Part shown: positions 10,863 through 21,635 of the stretch, in pieces
How positions within the stretch are numbered: the stretch's first letter is position 1
How the letters are laid out: the number at the start of each line of letters is the position of its first letter
Origin: a virus
Taxonomy: Duplodnaviria; Caudoviricetes
DNA: 58,100 nt
Strand: one strand, 5' to 3'
Virus record (IMG/VR): IMGVR_UViG_3300031920_000245
Span: 1 to 58,100 of that record
Program-made: the position numbers and the translations under genes
The notes under the pieces: generated by a model
What the model saw: only the letters and a program-made list of their open reading frames with translations
What the model was told of the DNA's origin: nothing
Database searches by the model: none

Positions 10863-11585
10863 ATGATTGGAATATATAGAATTAGAAATTTATTAAATAA
10901 TAAATGTTATTATGGATCAGCAAAAAATATTAAAATAAGATGGACAAAACATAAATCACAATTAAAACATAATAGACATGAAAATATAATATTACAAAGA
11001 GCATGGGATAAATATGGTAAGGACAATTTTATTTTTGAAATATGTGAAGAAATTGATTTATTATTAATCGAACAAAAATATTTGGATTTGAATCCTGAAT
11101 ATAATATTGGTATTCATGCGAGCGGTGGTGATAATTTATCAAAACATCCAAATAGAAATGAAATTATTAATAAAATAAAAACAACACTTAAAATAAAATG
11201 TGAAAAAATGAGTGAAGATGAAATAAAATTAAGATTTTCATATCCTAAAGAAAAAAATCCAAATTGGAAAGGTGGTGAATTATATAAATATTGTAAATGT
11301 GGTGTGAAAATTGCACCTAAAAGTATAACATGTCGTAAATGTGTACCAAGAGAAGGTGAGAATAATCCATTTTATAATATGAAACATACTGATGAAACGA
11401 AAAAAAAATCATCAGAAAAAATGTTAGGTAAATATAATGGTAGTCAAAACATCAAATTTACTATTGATAGTGTCGAATATTTTTCTCTCGGTGATGCATC
11501 AAATAAACTTAATATTCCAATAACAACAATTAGATGGAGATTAAAATCAAAAAATATTAAATTTATAAATTATCAATATATATAA
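10863..11585 (+). CDS. Free-standing GIY-YIG homing endonuclease
   Basis: GIYRIRN..NNKCYYGSA, RW..H, NPNWKGG and NUMOD3-like GENNPFYNMKHTDETKKK. Confidence 0.9.
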   Translation: MIGIYRIRNLLNNKCYYGSAKNIKIRWTKHKSQLKHNRHENIILQRAWDKYGKDNFIFEICEEIDLLLIEQKYLDLNPEYNIGIHASGGDNLSKHPNRNEIINKIKTTLKIKCEKMSEDEIKLRFSYPKEKNPNWKGGELYKYCKCGVKIAPKSITCRKCVPREGENNPFYNMKHTDETKKKSSEKMLGKYNGSQNIKFTIDSVEYFSLGDASNKLNIPITTIRWRLKSKNIKFINYQYI

Positions 11586-11594
11586 AATAAGTGA

Positions 11595-11855
11595 ATGGAT
11601 GTTTTTTACATAATAATTATATCAGTTTTGCTTGTGGTAGTTTTATTACTATCATTTGCACTTTTATTTTTTATTGAAAAAACACCATATATTTCGGATA
11701 AGGATAAAGAATTTATAAAATTCACTATTGAGATGTATATTGAATATGCCAAGGATTTAGATATATATTCAGAAAATCAACATGAGAAAATTGTAAAAAA
11801 GTTGAATGATATAAACAATAAATATTTTAAAAAGAATGGAAGAAAACATAAGTAG
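11595..11855 (+). CDS. Small membrane protein
   Basis: N-terminal hydrophobic helix. Confidence 0.55.
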   Translation: MDVFYIIIISVLLVVVLLLSFALLFFIEKTPYISDKDKEFIKFTIEMYIEYAKDLDIYSENQHEKIVKKLNDINNKYFKKNGRKHK

Positions 11856-12090
11856 AATTGTTGAATCGTATTCGGATGAAGAATTTTTAACCGCAGATGG
11901 GTTCGATAAAGCAATTATCGGTGTAAGTGGTGATAGAATCGTATATTCAAGAACAAAATGTATTAGGATATTAATGTTTCAAGATGAGTTGTCGGAAATT
12001 GATGCTATTGAACACTTCGATTATAATGTTTCCGGTGCGTATGTTGGTGATAAAACACCGATTTGGGTAGATGACACTATGTTTTATTAA
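11836..12090 (+). CDS. Hypothetical phage protein
   Basis: ADGFDKAIIG...EHFDYNVSGAYVGDKTPIWV, recalled as a common phage family. Confidence 0.65.
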   Translation: MEENISRIVESYSDEEFLTADGFDKAIIGVSGDRIVYSRTKCIRILMFQDELSEIDAIEHFDYNVSGAYVGDKTPIWVDDTMFY

Positions 12091-12406
12091 AAATATGGAT
12101 TGGAAATTTTGTACATATAGTTATATAGCTAAAGATTGTCCAGAATATTTTGGTAGTGCAATATTAAACAGTAATTATGCTGATGTTAGATATAGTGAAG
12201 GACAATTATATCCTATTAAATGTTGGGATTTAGATTATTTATCGTTTTTTGATACATTAGATAGTGCTATTTTATTTATGATTGAAAAGTCAGATAAAGA
12301 CTTTCAAATAATAAAAGACCTTGCATTTGATGGGTGTTTTTCTGATGCACAGAATGTAGATTGGGATAAAATGAAAACAATATATGGGAAAAAGGATAGG
12401 CAGTAA
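12071..12406 (+). CDS. Hypothetical protein
   Basis: ORF in a tightly packed run; start may be the ATG at 12095. Confidence 0.5.
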   Translation: MTLCFIKNMDWKFCTYSYIAKDCPEYFGSAILNSNYADVRYSEGQLYPIKCWDLDYLSFFDTLDSAILFMIEKSDKDFQIIKDLAFDGCFSDAQNVDWDKMKTIYGKKDRQ

Positions 12407-13064
12407 TAAAGTAAAGATAAAGAAATTTAATCATCGTGAATTATGTTTTAATCTTGCTGAAGCAAAAGGTACTCGATTTATTGAAGTTCCATTAGGTTCT
12501 GTTTATTTAAGTTATGGTAGTGTTGGACAAGCTGATGTTATCACCATAAAACCATCATACAATAAATTTAATTTAGATATTTACGAATGTAAAGTAACTC
12601 GTTCAGATTTTCTTCAAGATATTAAGTCCGGAAAATATAAAAGATATCTCGAACATTGTAATAGATTATATTTTGCAGCACCATCTGGAATAATAAAAAA
12701 AGAAGAACTTCCTGAAGGTGTTGGTTTAATCGTGAGAGGTGATAATGGGTGGTCAACAGTAAAATTAGCAAAAAAAAGAAACATTGAATTTAATAATGAA
12801 ATGTTATTGTCATTAGTTTTCTTTAATGGTAGGGTTTATAATAATAAGAGAATTAATTTAGGTTATGTTAATTATAGATGGGTAGATAAAGATAGATTAA
12901 AGGGATTAGGTAAACATGTGAAAGAATCTATATTGAATTATAATAATTTACTGTTGAAATTTAATAATCTATTAACCGAAGCAAGTAGAAAAATAACATT
13001 TAAATCTGAAAAAGAAAAAGAAGATTTCGAAGATAAATGGGATAGAACTAACTATATACGTTAA
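12384..13064 (+). CDS. MmcB-like PD-(D/E)XK nuclease
   Basis: ADV...IYECKVTRSDFLQD..KY..Y..HCNRLYFAAP. Confidence 0.75.
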   Translation: MGKRIGSNKVKIKKFNHRELCFNLAEAKGTRFIEVPLGSVYLSYGSVGQADVITIKPSYNKFNLDIYECKVTRSDFLQDIKSGKYKRYLEHCNRLYFAAPSGIIKKEELPEGVGLIVRGDNGWSTVKLAKKRNIEFNNEMLLSLVFFNGRVYNNKRINLGYVNYRWVDKDRLKGLGKHVKESILNYNNLLLKFNNLLTEASRKITFKSEKEKEDFEDKWDRTNYIR

Positions 13065-13074
13065 ATATAAAATT

Positions 13075-13299
13075 ATGGAAGATAATAGAAAGAAATTAAT
13101 ACAATTAAGAACTAAGCTTGAATTCTATAAAAAATTAAATACTAAGATTACAGAGATCATGGATGCAAAACTTGATTTAGAGGATTTCGAACAAGATGTG
13201 TTTAGTGAACTCCAAAAAACAGAATCTGAATTGGATGACTATAAGATGGAGATTGATTTACCTGACAGTGAATGGGATGAAGATGAAACTAAAGATTAA
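13075..13299 (+). CDS. Hypothetical coiled-coil protein
   Basis: 74-aa ORF. Confidence 0.5.
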   Translation: MEDNRKKLIQLRTKLEFYKKLNTKITEIMDAKLDLEDFEQDVFSELQKTESELDDYKMEIDLPDSEWDEDETKD

Positions 13300-13859
13300 T
13301 TCCCTTTTGTTTCCGATATAAAAGGCAGAACATCTTCTTTTACAGGTACAGCTACTATGCGTTTGAAGTACGGTTTAAAACCACCAATTGTTTTATCGGT
13401 AGTATCTGTAATAATATCAGCATTTTGAATTTCATAGTATCTATTATGATCACCACTCATATTATATTCGATATAATCACCACGAATCATATCAACTTTT
13501 TTCTCTTTTAATTCATCAAGATAAACACCAAATGAAAGATTTCCAGTATCTTGACGGGCAATACCACCGGGATTATCCCCATAATATTTTTGTTCTGATG
13601 GTAGGACATTAACCATTACATTTAATTTAACTGGTGAAAAGAATACTTTATCTTTTGCTTTTGATTGACCATATAATTTATGTGATTTAGTTTTAGTAAC
13701 ATTTACTTTATATAGTGTTACATGATCAACATGGTCAGTTTGTAAATAATCCCTTCCATATTCAACATCTAAATTAAATGAGTTTTCAGACATAAATAAT
13801 CCATATCTATCGTCTTCAAGGTCAATATGTTGTTTTTTCTTTGTCATATTATATTGCAA
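13296..13859 (-). CDS. Neck/head-closure protein (gp14-like)
   Basis: Follows the gp13-like gene; LYG.SK.K.F..PV and RGDYI...RYYEI pattern. Confidence 0.6.
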   Translation of the reverse strand: MQYNMTKKKQHIDLEDDRYGLFMSENSFNLDVEYGRDYLQTDHVDHVTLYKVNVTKTKSHKLYGQSKAKDKVFFSPVKLNVMVNVLPSEQKYYGDNPGGIARQDTGNLSFGVYLDELKEKKVDMIRGDYIEYNMSGDHNRYYEIQNADIITDTTDKTIGGFKPYFKRIVAVPVKEDVLPFISETKGN

Positions 13860-14967
13860 TTATTGGGAACATTGGTGGTTGGAAACCACGCTCAATATTA
13901 ATGTTTTGGGCAATTTTTGCACGTTCTGTTGTAAGATTAACTTGAGTAAGTTTATCAAGTAATCCTGTAAGTTCTTTAGTTGTTAATTCTTTTAATTTTT
14001 CACCTTCATCTAATAGATGTCTATAATCCATAGTTAATTGCTTATCGGTTGCACCAATTTCACCACTAAAAAATCCTCGAATACCACCAAGAGTTATTTT
14101 ACTATCTGCAATAAGTAAATTACGTATTTGTTGACGAGCAACATCATTTAATTTTTCCCATTTTAAGGTCTTAACTGGTGGGTCTGAAGGTAATTTAACA
14201 ATATCATTATTTTCATCTAAACATTTATCACGTCCAACATTGTTAGTGTCGTAATACCAATACCAAACTTTTTTACCTGCATAATGTTTACCCCATTTAT
14301 TTGCGATTTCCCCTCTACCTCCCGGTATTGGATATAAATGTATTATTTTTTCACCTGTTTCAAGTCCGGTAATACGATAGGTCAACAGTGATTGAAGTAC
14401 ACGTTGTTTGGTCCTTCTATCTTGGGCAGTTAACAGTGTTGAATATGTTGGTTGTACATACATAGCTGGTCTACCAAGATATGACCATCCATGCATTCCC
14501 GGTGACCATGCATTTAATGAAAATGGGTCAACAAGTCCTTGATCAATAGATGGTGGTGTTTCCCAAAGTACTTCATTCACTTCTCTATTTGATGGAACAA
14601 CATAATGTTGTGTATGTGCTGATGTTACAATATAATCTCTTTTTAATTCCCAACCCGGTGCTGCAGGTGCATTTGTACCAGCACCAATTTGTTTAGAATA
14701 TGCATATGTAAATGATTCCATATACTGATTTGATTTGACAGTAAATGCAGATAAAAAATCACTATTATCAATATTAAGACCTTCTAAACTAATCCATTGT
14801 TGATGAATTAACCAATTATTTACAATAGCAGAATAATCTTCAATTGCCATTTCTAACAAAGAATCCATCATATCATCAGTAAGTTCAAACTTTCTTAATG
14901 GATAACCAAGTTTATGTTTAACATTTTTAATTAATTTATTTCTTTCAATTGTTGATATTAACGCCAT
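13849..14967 (-). CDS. Neck/head-tail adaptor protein (gp13-like)
   Basis: Start MALIST at 14967; KLGYPLRKFELTDDMMD..LEMAIEDY, LG.IRG.F, C-terminal PPMF. Confidence 0.75.
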   Translation of the reverse strand: MALISTIERNKLIKNVKHKLGYPLRKFELTDDMMDSLLEMAIEDYSAIVNNWLIHQQWISLEGLNIDNSDFLSAFTVKSNQYMESFTYAYSKQIGAGTNAPAAPGWELKRDYIVTSAHTQHYVVPSNREVNEVLWETPPSIDQGLVDPFSLNAWSPGMHGWSYLGRPAMYVQPTYSTLLTAQDRRTKQRVLQSLLTYRITGLETGEKIIHLYPIPGGRGEIANKWGKHYAGKKVWYWYYDTNNVGRDKCLDENNDIVKLPSDPPVKTLKWEKLNDVARQQIRNLLIADSKITLGGIRGFFSGEIGATDKQLTMDYRHLLDEGEKLKELTTKELTGLLDKLTQVNLTTERAKIAQNINIERGFQPPMFPIIAI

Positions 14968-15018
14968 AATTGTATATATTTGTTTTCTATTTATTATAAA
15001 TACTTTAATCACACTATT

Positions 15019-15486
15019 ATGTTAAAATTTGAATACGAAATTAAATTAAATGATGAAGGTAGACCATATATTGATTTACCACCAGATCATGATAACAATA
15101 TAGAAGATAAGTTTATGGGAATGGAACTTACTCGATATATTTTAACTGGTTTATATAACATGAAAAAAGAAGTTTATACTAAAAACGATCTTAAGCTCAT
15201 GGAATTAACTTTAGAATTTTTAGAAAAGGTATCTGATGAAATGGCATTAATATTAAAAGGTGCTATGGAAACAAGTGGTGAAATACAACTTACGTTTTAT
15301 AGAGAATTTGATATTCAAGTATCAAATATAAATAAACGTGATGATCTTAATTATGAGGGTATTATTTATGGAAATAAATTATTTAAAAGATGTACCGGAT
15401 TAAAAGTTATGGTTCAAGACACTATGAAAGTATATCAATTGGTTGATGGTATTGATAATAAACATTGGAAAGAAGTAAATAAATAA
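15019..15486 (+). CDS. Hypothetical protein
   Basis: Likely start ATG at 15019. Confidence 0.55.
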   Translation: MLKFEYEIKLNDEGRPYIDLPPDHDNNIEDKFMGMELTRYILTGLYNMKKEVYTKNDLKLMELTLEFLEKVSDEMALILKGAMETSGEIQLTFYREFDIQVSNINKRDDLNYEGIIYGNKLFKRCTGLKVMVQDTMKVYQLVDGIDNKHWKEVNK

Positions 15487-15490
15487 TATT

Positions 15491-17005
15491 ATGGATTTTA
15501 AACCCACTGATGAACAATTAAAAATATTTAAGTTTCTAAGAAAAAGACCTGAAAATTTACTTATTGAAGCATATGCCGGGGCAGGTAAAACAACAACACT
15601 TATAGAAGCTGCAAAGTTATTACCACAGGATAAAAAAATCTTATTTTTAGCGTTTAATAAACATATTCAGCTTGAACTTAAAGAAAAGTTACCTGAACAT
15701 ATAAGATGTTATACATCACATGGTTTAGGATTAGCTGCAATTAAAAGAAAACATCCAACCTCTAAATTGGATGAATTTAAAATCGATAAGATCATAAAAA
15801 AATTATCTAAGAAATGGGATTTGATGAAAGAATTTGATGGTCGTTACGATAAAGTAATTAATTATCAAAACGATATGAAGAAACTTGCAAATCTATGTAG
15901 GTTATCATTAACTACTACAGATAAATATATACCATACCTAGCAGAAAGGTATGATGTTAGAATTTTTCCAAATAGAGATATTAAAAGAATTAAGAAAATA
16001 TTAGATATTTCAACTAAAGATAGACAAACTTTTGACTTTTGTGATATGGTTTATCTTCCGGCAATAGATAATTCTTTGTTTTTATTTCCACAAGATTATG
16101 TTATTGTTGACGAATGTCAAGATATAAATCGAGCACAACAAAGAATAATCGAAAAATCACTAAGAAAAGATAAAATAAGTAAAAAGGTAATTGGAAGATT
16201 AATTGCTATTGGTGATGGTTTTCAAAGTATTTATGGGTTTACCGGAATCATGGATAAAACTTTTGATTGGTTTAAAAAATATAATAATACTAAAACACTC
16301 CCATTATCATATTCATTTAGATGTGCTAAAAATATTATTGAACATGCAAATACTATAGTTCCCGGAATTAAAGCACTTTCTGATGCCCCGGATGGTGTTG
16401 TTCGAGATGGTGATGTTTTATTAGAAGCTAGAAGTGAGGATTTTATTTTATGTCGGACTGTGAAACCATTAATAAAGTTGTTTTTCCAATTTTTAGAGAT
16501 GGATCGTAAAGCAACAATTAAGGGGAGTGATATTGGACTTGATTTAATTAACATGATTGGTAAAATTAAAAGTATTGGTAAATTAAATGATCATTGGTCT
16601 AATGAAGTTATTAAATATAAGAATGATTTAAAAAAACAAGGAATATTAAATCATGCAGATGATAATGGTTATACTATATTAGCAGATAAAGTTGATACAC
16701 TTTTATTTCTTGCTGAGAAATCGGTATCTATTGATGAACTTAAAAAAAGAATTTCAACAATCTTTACTGAAGATGTTGAAGGTATTGTATTGAGTACTGT
16801 TCACAAGGCAAAAGGATTAGAAGCTGATAGGGTTTTTATTATAAGACCGGATAAATTACCTCTACCAAATAAAAAACCTTGGCAAGCAATGCAGGAACAA
16901 AATTTACATTATGTTGCAATTACAAGAGCAAAAACTGAATTAATATATGATAGAACTTGGTCAGATGAAACCATTGATGGTACTGATGATCTTGATTTAC
17001 TTTAA
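15491..17005 (+). CDS. UvrD/Rep-like SF1 helicase
   Basis: AYAGAGKTT, VDECQD, GDGFQSIYGF, SFRC, STVHKAKGLE, YVAITRAK. Confidence 0.93.
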   Translation: MDFKPTDEQLKIFKFLRKRPENLLIEAYAGAGKTTTLIEAAKLLPQDKKILFLAFNKHIQLELKEKLPEHIRCYTSHGLGLAAIKRKHPTSKLDEFKIDKIIKKLSKKWDLMKEFDGRYDKVINYQNDMKKLANLCRLSLTTTDKYIPYLAERYDVRIFPNRDIKRIKKILDISTKDRQTFDFCDMVYLPAIDNSLFLFPQDYVIVDECQDINRAQQRIIEKSLRKDKISKKVIGRLIAIGDGFQSIYGFTGIMDKTFDWFKKYNNTKTLPLSYSFRCAKNIIEHANTIVPGIKALSDAPDGVVRDGDVLLEARSEDFILCRTVKPLIKLFFQFLEMDRKATIKGSDIGLDLINMIGKIKSIGKLNDHWSNEVIKYKNDLKKQGILNHADDNGYTILADKVDTLLFLAEKSVSIDELKKRISTIFTEDVEGIVLSTVHKAKGLEADRVFIIRPDKLPLPNKKPWQAMQEQNLHYVAITRAKTELIYDRTWSDETIDGTDDLDLL

Positions 17006-17016
17006 ATATAAAAAAT

Positions 17017-17334
17017 ATGGTACATAAAATAAAAGAAATTGTCATTGATAAAAGTGATAAAAATACAAAACCAACAAAAAAAATTACAATTTATTTTAAT
17101 GTTGTTGAATATAAGTTGATTTTAATATCAAAAGCTAATATTAAACTTAATAGTGGGTCTGGTTGGAATGAAATATGTAAAAAAGAAATTTCATTATCAA
17201 AAGAAGTAATAAAAGACATTAAGTTTACTGATATTATCAATGAAATGATTAGTGAAACTAACAATAAAATTGAAACACTTGCGATAGTTTCAAATTTCTT
17301 TAAAGATATTGATTTTATGGGTGTTGAAAGTTAA
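17017..17334 (+). CDS. Hypothetical protein
   Basis: 105-aa ORF. Confidence 0.5.
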   Translation: MVHKIKEIVIDKSDKNTKPTKKITIYFNVVEYKLILISKANIKLNSGSGWNEICKKEISLSKEVIKDIKFTDIINEMISETNNKIETLAIVSNFFKDIDFMGVES

Positions 17335-17753
17335 TCAATAGCAACAAGTGAATTATCATCAGTAGATTTATTTTCTGACACATCATTATTACCAATAGAA
17401 CCACCACTATTAGGTAGGTTTTCTATTGATTTATTTAAATCAAAAAATCTATCATTTGTTGCACTTATTGCATTTGTGTTTAATCCAATTGCTTTACTGT
17501 TACCATCTATTGCTTTATTAACATCTTCAAATTCACCAGCTATATATGATTTTTGTTCAACATATAATGTTTTTTGAAATTCTTCTGATTTATTTAATCT
17601 TGGATTAATTGCAAGATAATAAAAACCAATAAAAATACTTAATATTGAACCAATTGTCCCTAAAAAGGTTTTAAGTGTAAATACAACTGGTGTATTTGCG
17701 TTTAAGTTAATTTGTGGGGTTGGTTTAATATTTCTTTGATTGTTATTTTCCAT
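17331..17753 (-). CDS. Single-pass membrane protein with coiled coil
   Basis: TM segment FLGTIGSILSIFIGFYYLAI then a heptad-like region. Confidence 0.55.
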   Translation of the reverse strand: MENNNQRNIKPTPQINLNANTPVVFTLKTFLGTIGSILSIFIGFYYLAINPRLNKSEEFQKTLYVEQKSYIAGEFEDVNKAIDGNSKAIGLNTNAISATNDRFFDLNKSIENLPNSGGSIGNNDVSENKSTDDNSLVAID

Positions 17754-17756
17754 GTT

Positions 17757-18191
17757 TTAATTATTTATTCTAGTTTCATATATTGATTTTTCCCAAGTAA
17801 TATCGTATTCAACACCATCTTTTGTATATGTTTCATACCAATAAACCATTGTTGGTTCAACATTAATTGAAAGCATAAAACCATCTGGGAATTGATTTTT
17901 AGTTATTTCAATGGTATTAATAAATATTTTTGTGTTATATAACCATGTACTTGTTTTTTTTCCATTATAATATGATTTACTTTCTAATATTAATTCATAT
18001 CTATAATAATAATTACCATCTTCATCAATAAACGTTTCAAGTGTGGTATATGCTTTAACACCAACTATGTTATTATTTTCATTAGATATTTCAACAACCC
18101 CAAAATCGTTATATTGTGATTTTGATTGTGATTGACTAAATATATTTAATGTCAATAATGTTAAAATGATTAATGAAAATATTTTTTTCAT
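17757..18191 (-). CDS. Secreted protein
   Basis: Signal peptide MKKIFSLIILTLLTLNIFS-Q. Confidence 0.6.
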   Translation of the reverse strand: MKKIFSLIILTLLTLNIFSQSQSKSQYNDFGVVEISNENNNIVGVKAYTTLETFIDEDGNYYYRYELILESKSYYNGKKTSTWLYNTKIFINTIEITKNQFPDGFMLSINVEPTMVYWYETYTKDGVEYDITWEKSIYETRINN

Positions 18192-18240
18192 AAAATGATA
18201 TTTACATTTCCTATAAATACTTTTTAATAAAAAAAAAGAT

Positions 18241-18277
18241 AAAAAAAAGAGGGTAAAACTTACCCTCTTTTTTATTT
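18241..18277 (-). terminator. Terminator after major capsid gene
   Basis: AAAAAAGAGGGTAA-aac-TTACCCTCTTTTTT. Confidence 0.85.
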
Positions 18278-18290
18278 ATGTTTTAATTGA

Positions 18291-19964
18291 TTATCTTAAT
18301 TCACCAATTCCAAATGTTTGTAGACCATCACAATAAATTCTACCGTAATATCTGTTCAATACCATTTTCTTAGCATAACGAGTCATGATACCACGAACCG
18401 GAGTGAAATCGAATGGATTGTACATTACAGGTGTTAATTGCATTGGTACGTAAGGAGCGTAAATGTAACCAGTTTCAAGGATTGAATTACCTTTATGACC
18501 AATAAGAACTGTGTTAGCAGGAGCATATGGATCACGGTATACTTGGTAACGACCAGAAAGTGTACCAATTTTTTCAATACCCATGTTATATTTATCTTGT
18601 TCTGGACCAGCATTAGATACGTGGAAGTATTCTAAGTCATCACATACAGCACTTACTTCCGGAGAAACAACAATCCAAGATGCACCACCACGAAGAGTAG
18701 ACTTATGAATTTGAGCAGAAATCTGATTGATTTTAGTAATCAATGTTTGATTCCAATCTTTTTGTGTTCCGTAATAAGATGTACTTTGTTTACGAAGACC
18801 ATTATAATCCCAACGAAGAGTCCAAGCAGCACCTCTTCTAAGATCACGAAGAATTTCACGATCAATTTCAGCAGCCATTTGCTCAGAAAGTAAAGCAGTA
18901 AGTTCCGCTTCAGCATCGATGTTGTGGAATGCACTAACATCTTGAGCAAGTTCAGGTGTCCATTGTGCTCTCATTTTACGAGATTCAACTGATACAGTAA
19001 CATCATCAAGTGTGAAAGTTACTTCAGCCATTCTTGAATCTTCTTCAAGATCAGAGTAAACTCTGTAAGCATATGTAAAAGTTGCAACACTTGAACTAGC
19101 TGATAACGCTTGATATCCATCAGCACCAGCATAAGTAATGTCAGCATAAATTTCGATAACACCAGTTTCTTTGTTCACAATAGCTTGACCATACTTTTGA
19201 ACTCTTACGTTGAATGGTAATGTATTACCAGCAGCGATTGATTCATCAGTATAAGGAGAAGGAGCAGTGAAATCTACATCAGATATAATTCTCAATGATG
19301 CTAAGAAACTTTCAGTATCAATAGGTACACCAGCAGGACCAATTAATTTACCTTGAAAATCTACAGTGAAACCACTAAGACTAAGTAAAATTTGTTTGTC
19401 ACCTACTGCCCAAGGAGTATGTGTAGTACCACCTGTAACAACAGTAATGTTTCCTTTTGAACGATCAAATAATGAAGTACCTTCTTCATTATACTCACTT
19501 GCATAGAATGCATCATATAATGAACGATCTTCAAATTGTGTTCTTCCTGAAGGAGCTAATTCTGCAGCATTTGAATATGCACCATCCGGAGAAGTGTTAT
19601 TGTATTGGTTAGGAGATAACTCAACTCTTTCACTTGCTTTTGGATTGATGTAATATAATTTACCGATAGGTAAATTTAAAGCTTGTACAGATACGATATC
19701 GTTTGCTAACAATTTAGCAAATACTCTACGAATAACCGGAAATGCAACTGTTTCGAATTGACCACTATTAGCTGAATCCGTAGATTCGTTAATCATTTGT
19801 GATAATTGATTTTCGAATAATTGTGCACAGTTTTCTCTTACGTTACCGTCCAAACCTTCTAACAAACCGATTTTGTCCCATCTGTTTGTGATAATTTCTC
19901 TTTGTTCACGAAGTTGTTTAAGACCAATGTTACCAACTACGCCTGAATCTATTAAATATCCCAT
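18291..19964 (-). CDS. gp23: Major capsid protein (T4 gp23-like)
   Basis: FPVIRRVF, V.SRKMRAQWTPELAQD..A.H.IDAEAEL..LLSEQ..AEIDREI, GYIYAPYVP, FTPVRGIMTRY. Confidence 0.97.
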   Translation of the reverse strand: MGYLIDSGVVGNIGLKQLREQREIITNRWDKIGLLEGLDGNVRENCAQLFENQLSQMINESTDSANSGQFETVAFPVIRRVFAKLLANDIVSVQALNLPIGKLYYINPKASERVELSPNQYNNTSPDGAYSNAAELAPSGRTQFEDRSLYDAFYASEYNEEGTSLFDRSKGNITVVTGGTTHTPWAVGDKQILLSLSGFTVDFQGKLIGPAGVPIDTESFLASLRIISDVDFTAPSPYTDESIAAGNTLPFNVRVQKYGQAIVNKETGVIEIYADITYAGADGYQALSASSSVATFTYAYRVYSDLEEDSRMAEVTFTLDDVTVSVESRKMRAQWTPELAQDVSAFHNIDAEAELTALLSEQMAAEIDREILRDLRRGAAWTLRWDYNGLRKQSTSYYGTQKDWNQTLITKINQISAQIHKSTLRGGASWIVVSPEVSAVCDDLEYFHVSNAGPEQDKYNMGIEKIGTLSGRYQVYRDPYAPANTVLIGHKGNSILETGYIYAPYVPMQLTPVMYNPFDFTPVRGIMTRYAKKMVLNRYYGRIYCDGLQTFGIGELR

Positions 19965-19987
19965 TTTATTTTGTTTTTTATGTTTTA

Positions 19988-21505
19988 TTAAATTATTTTT
20001 TTCTTATCATTTTTTTCAAGGTATTCTACTAAACCCCTGATTTTTTGAACGTGTTCGTTGTTTTCATACGCAGTATTTTCAATAACTTCGTCCAAATTTT
20101 GTTTTGAAGATGGTTGTACTGAATCACTATTTACTTTATCTTCTACAGTTTCATTTATTGTTTTAGAACCTTTTTTCATTTCAGTTAATAAACCATTATA
20201 TTTTGATTTAGAATCTGAGATTGATTTTGCTTCTTTTAACACATTTACGATCTTTATTTTATCTTCTTGTGTTAATGCGAAGTTTTCATTCATTAATAAA
20301 TTATTTGCATAAGCTAAATTTGTGTTAAATACAGCCATTTCTTGTAATTGTGTACGGAATTTTTCAAGTGCACCTTTATAACCTTCCATGATTTTGGTTA
20401 CGGTTTCTTGGTACTTTTTAGATTCATTGATCTTCTTTGTTAATTTTTTACTTTCAGCAATTAATGAAGCTTGTTTTTTATTTTCTTCACCTTCATTTTG
20501 TGGATTGTTGACACTACCGTAACGTTTGTGTCTTTGAGGTGCAAAATCTTTACCCGGTAAATGATCACCAGCAACTTGTTTACTTGAACTATGAGCCATG
20601 CCCGATGCTTCAGTAACTTCTTGCTCTCCCATTACAGAATCGATATCTTCATCAGATATAACATCTTCTTCATCAATCATCTGTGTAGTTGGACCACCTT
20701 TTTCACGACCTTTGTAATTTTGCTTTCCACCTTGATTTTTTTGTTCATCAACTTCCTCTTCATCAATCATTTGTGTTGTTGGACCACCTTTTTCACGTCC
20801 AGTGTAATTTTGTTTACCACCTTGATTTTTTTGTTCTTCAATGTGGGCAAATTCTTCTTGCATTTTATCAATTTCAGATAACGTTTCAGTTAATTTGTTT
20901 TTTAAAGATGCAAGATTAGTGAAAGGATCACTAACTGGTTGTTGTTTTGCTTGTTGCTCCATTTCATTTAATGTTTCTTCAATTTCATTAACTACGCTAA
21001 GTTCAGCATTGTCGTCAGCACAATCAATTTCCTTTTCAGTAGCATTAGGGTCAAGGTCTGTTATATCAAAATCTTTTTCATCATCCTCTTGGAGGTTTGA
21101 AATTGGCTTATCATCAGATTTCGTGATTGTATCTTTAAAAGTATCACCTTTTTCAGTTTCACCTTTACCTTGATTAGGTGTATCACCTTCAACATCAGCA
21201 GTAAAGCTTTTTTCACGTTCTTCTTTTATAACCTCTTTTTTTTGTTTATTTTTTTTCATAACAGATTTTTTATTATTATTATCAGATTCATCTAAAACAT
21301 TAGATTCTTTTTCATCATCGATTTTTTTATATGATTCTTTTTCTGATTTAGTATTATTATTTGTTTCTTCTTTTAAGATTTCTTGAAATTTATCTGGAAA
21401 CTTCTCAGCTAATTTTTTCTGAGCATTAACTTCAGCAGCTTCAGTGATTGCCTTATGATCAATTAAAGCATCCTGTATTATCGATTTTTTATTATCTTTA
21501 CCCAT
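19988..21505 (-). CDS. Prohead core/scaffolding protein (gp22-like)
   Basis: Acidic coiled-coil protein between protease and capsid genes. Confidence 0.75.
   Translation of the reverse strand: MGKDNKKSIIQDALIDHKAITEAAEVNAQKKLAEKFPDKFQEILKEETNNNTKSEKESYKKIDDEKESNVLDESDNNNKKSVMKKNKQKKEVIKEEREKSFTADVEGDTPNQGKGETEKGDTFKDTITKSDDKPISNLQEDDEKDFDITDLDPNATEKEIDCADDNAELSVVNEIEETLNEMEQQAKQQPVSDPFTNLASLKNKLTETLSEIDKMQEEFAHIEEQKNQGGKQNYTGREKGGPTTQMIDEEEVDEQKNQGGKQNYKGREKGGPTTQMIDEEDVISDEDIDSVMGEQEVTEASGMAHSSSKQVAGDHLPGKDFAPQRHKRYGSVNNPQNEGEENKKQASLIAESKKLTKKINESKKYQETVTKIMEGYKGALEKFRTQLQEMAVFNTNLAYANNLLMNENFALTQEDKIKIVNVLKEAKSISDSKSKYNGLLTEMKKGSKTINETVEDKVNSDSVQPSSKQNLDEVIENTAYENNEHVQKIRGLVEYLEKNDKKKII
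20667..20836 (-). repeat. 90-nt tandem duplication inside the scaffold gene
   Basis: EQKNQGGKQNY(T/K)GREKGGPTTQMIDEE occurs twice with a 30-aa period. Confidence 0.9.
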
Positions 21506-21635
21506 ATTAATTCAAAACTTAATTAGTTATGTAATTTTTATATAAATACATAATACTTAAGAAAAAGTACGTTTTTTGATTAAAATCAATAAAAATTGGA
21601 TTTTTTAATAGAAATTTATTGTTTTTTTCCAAAAA

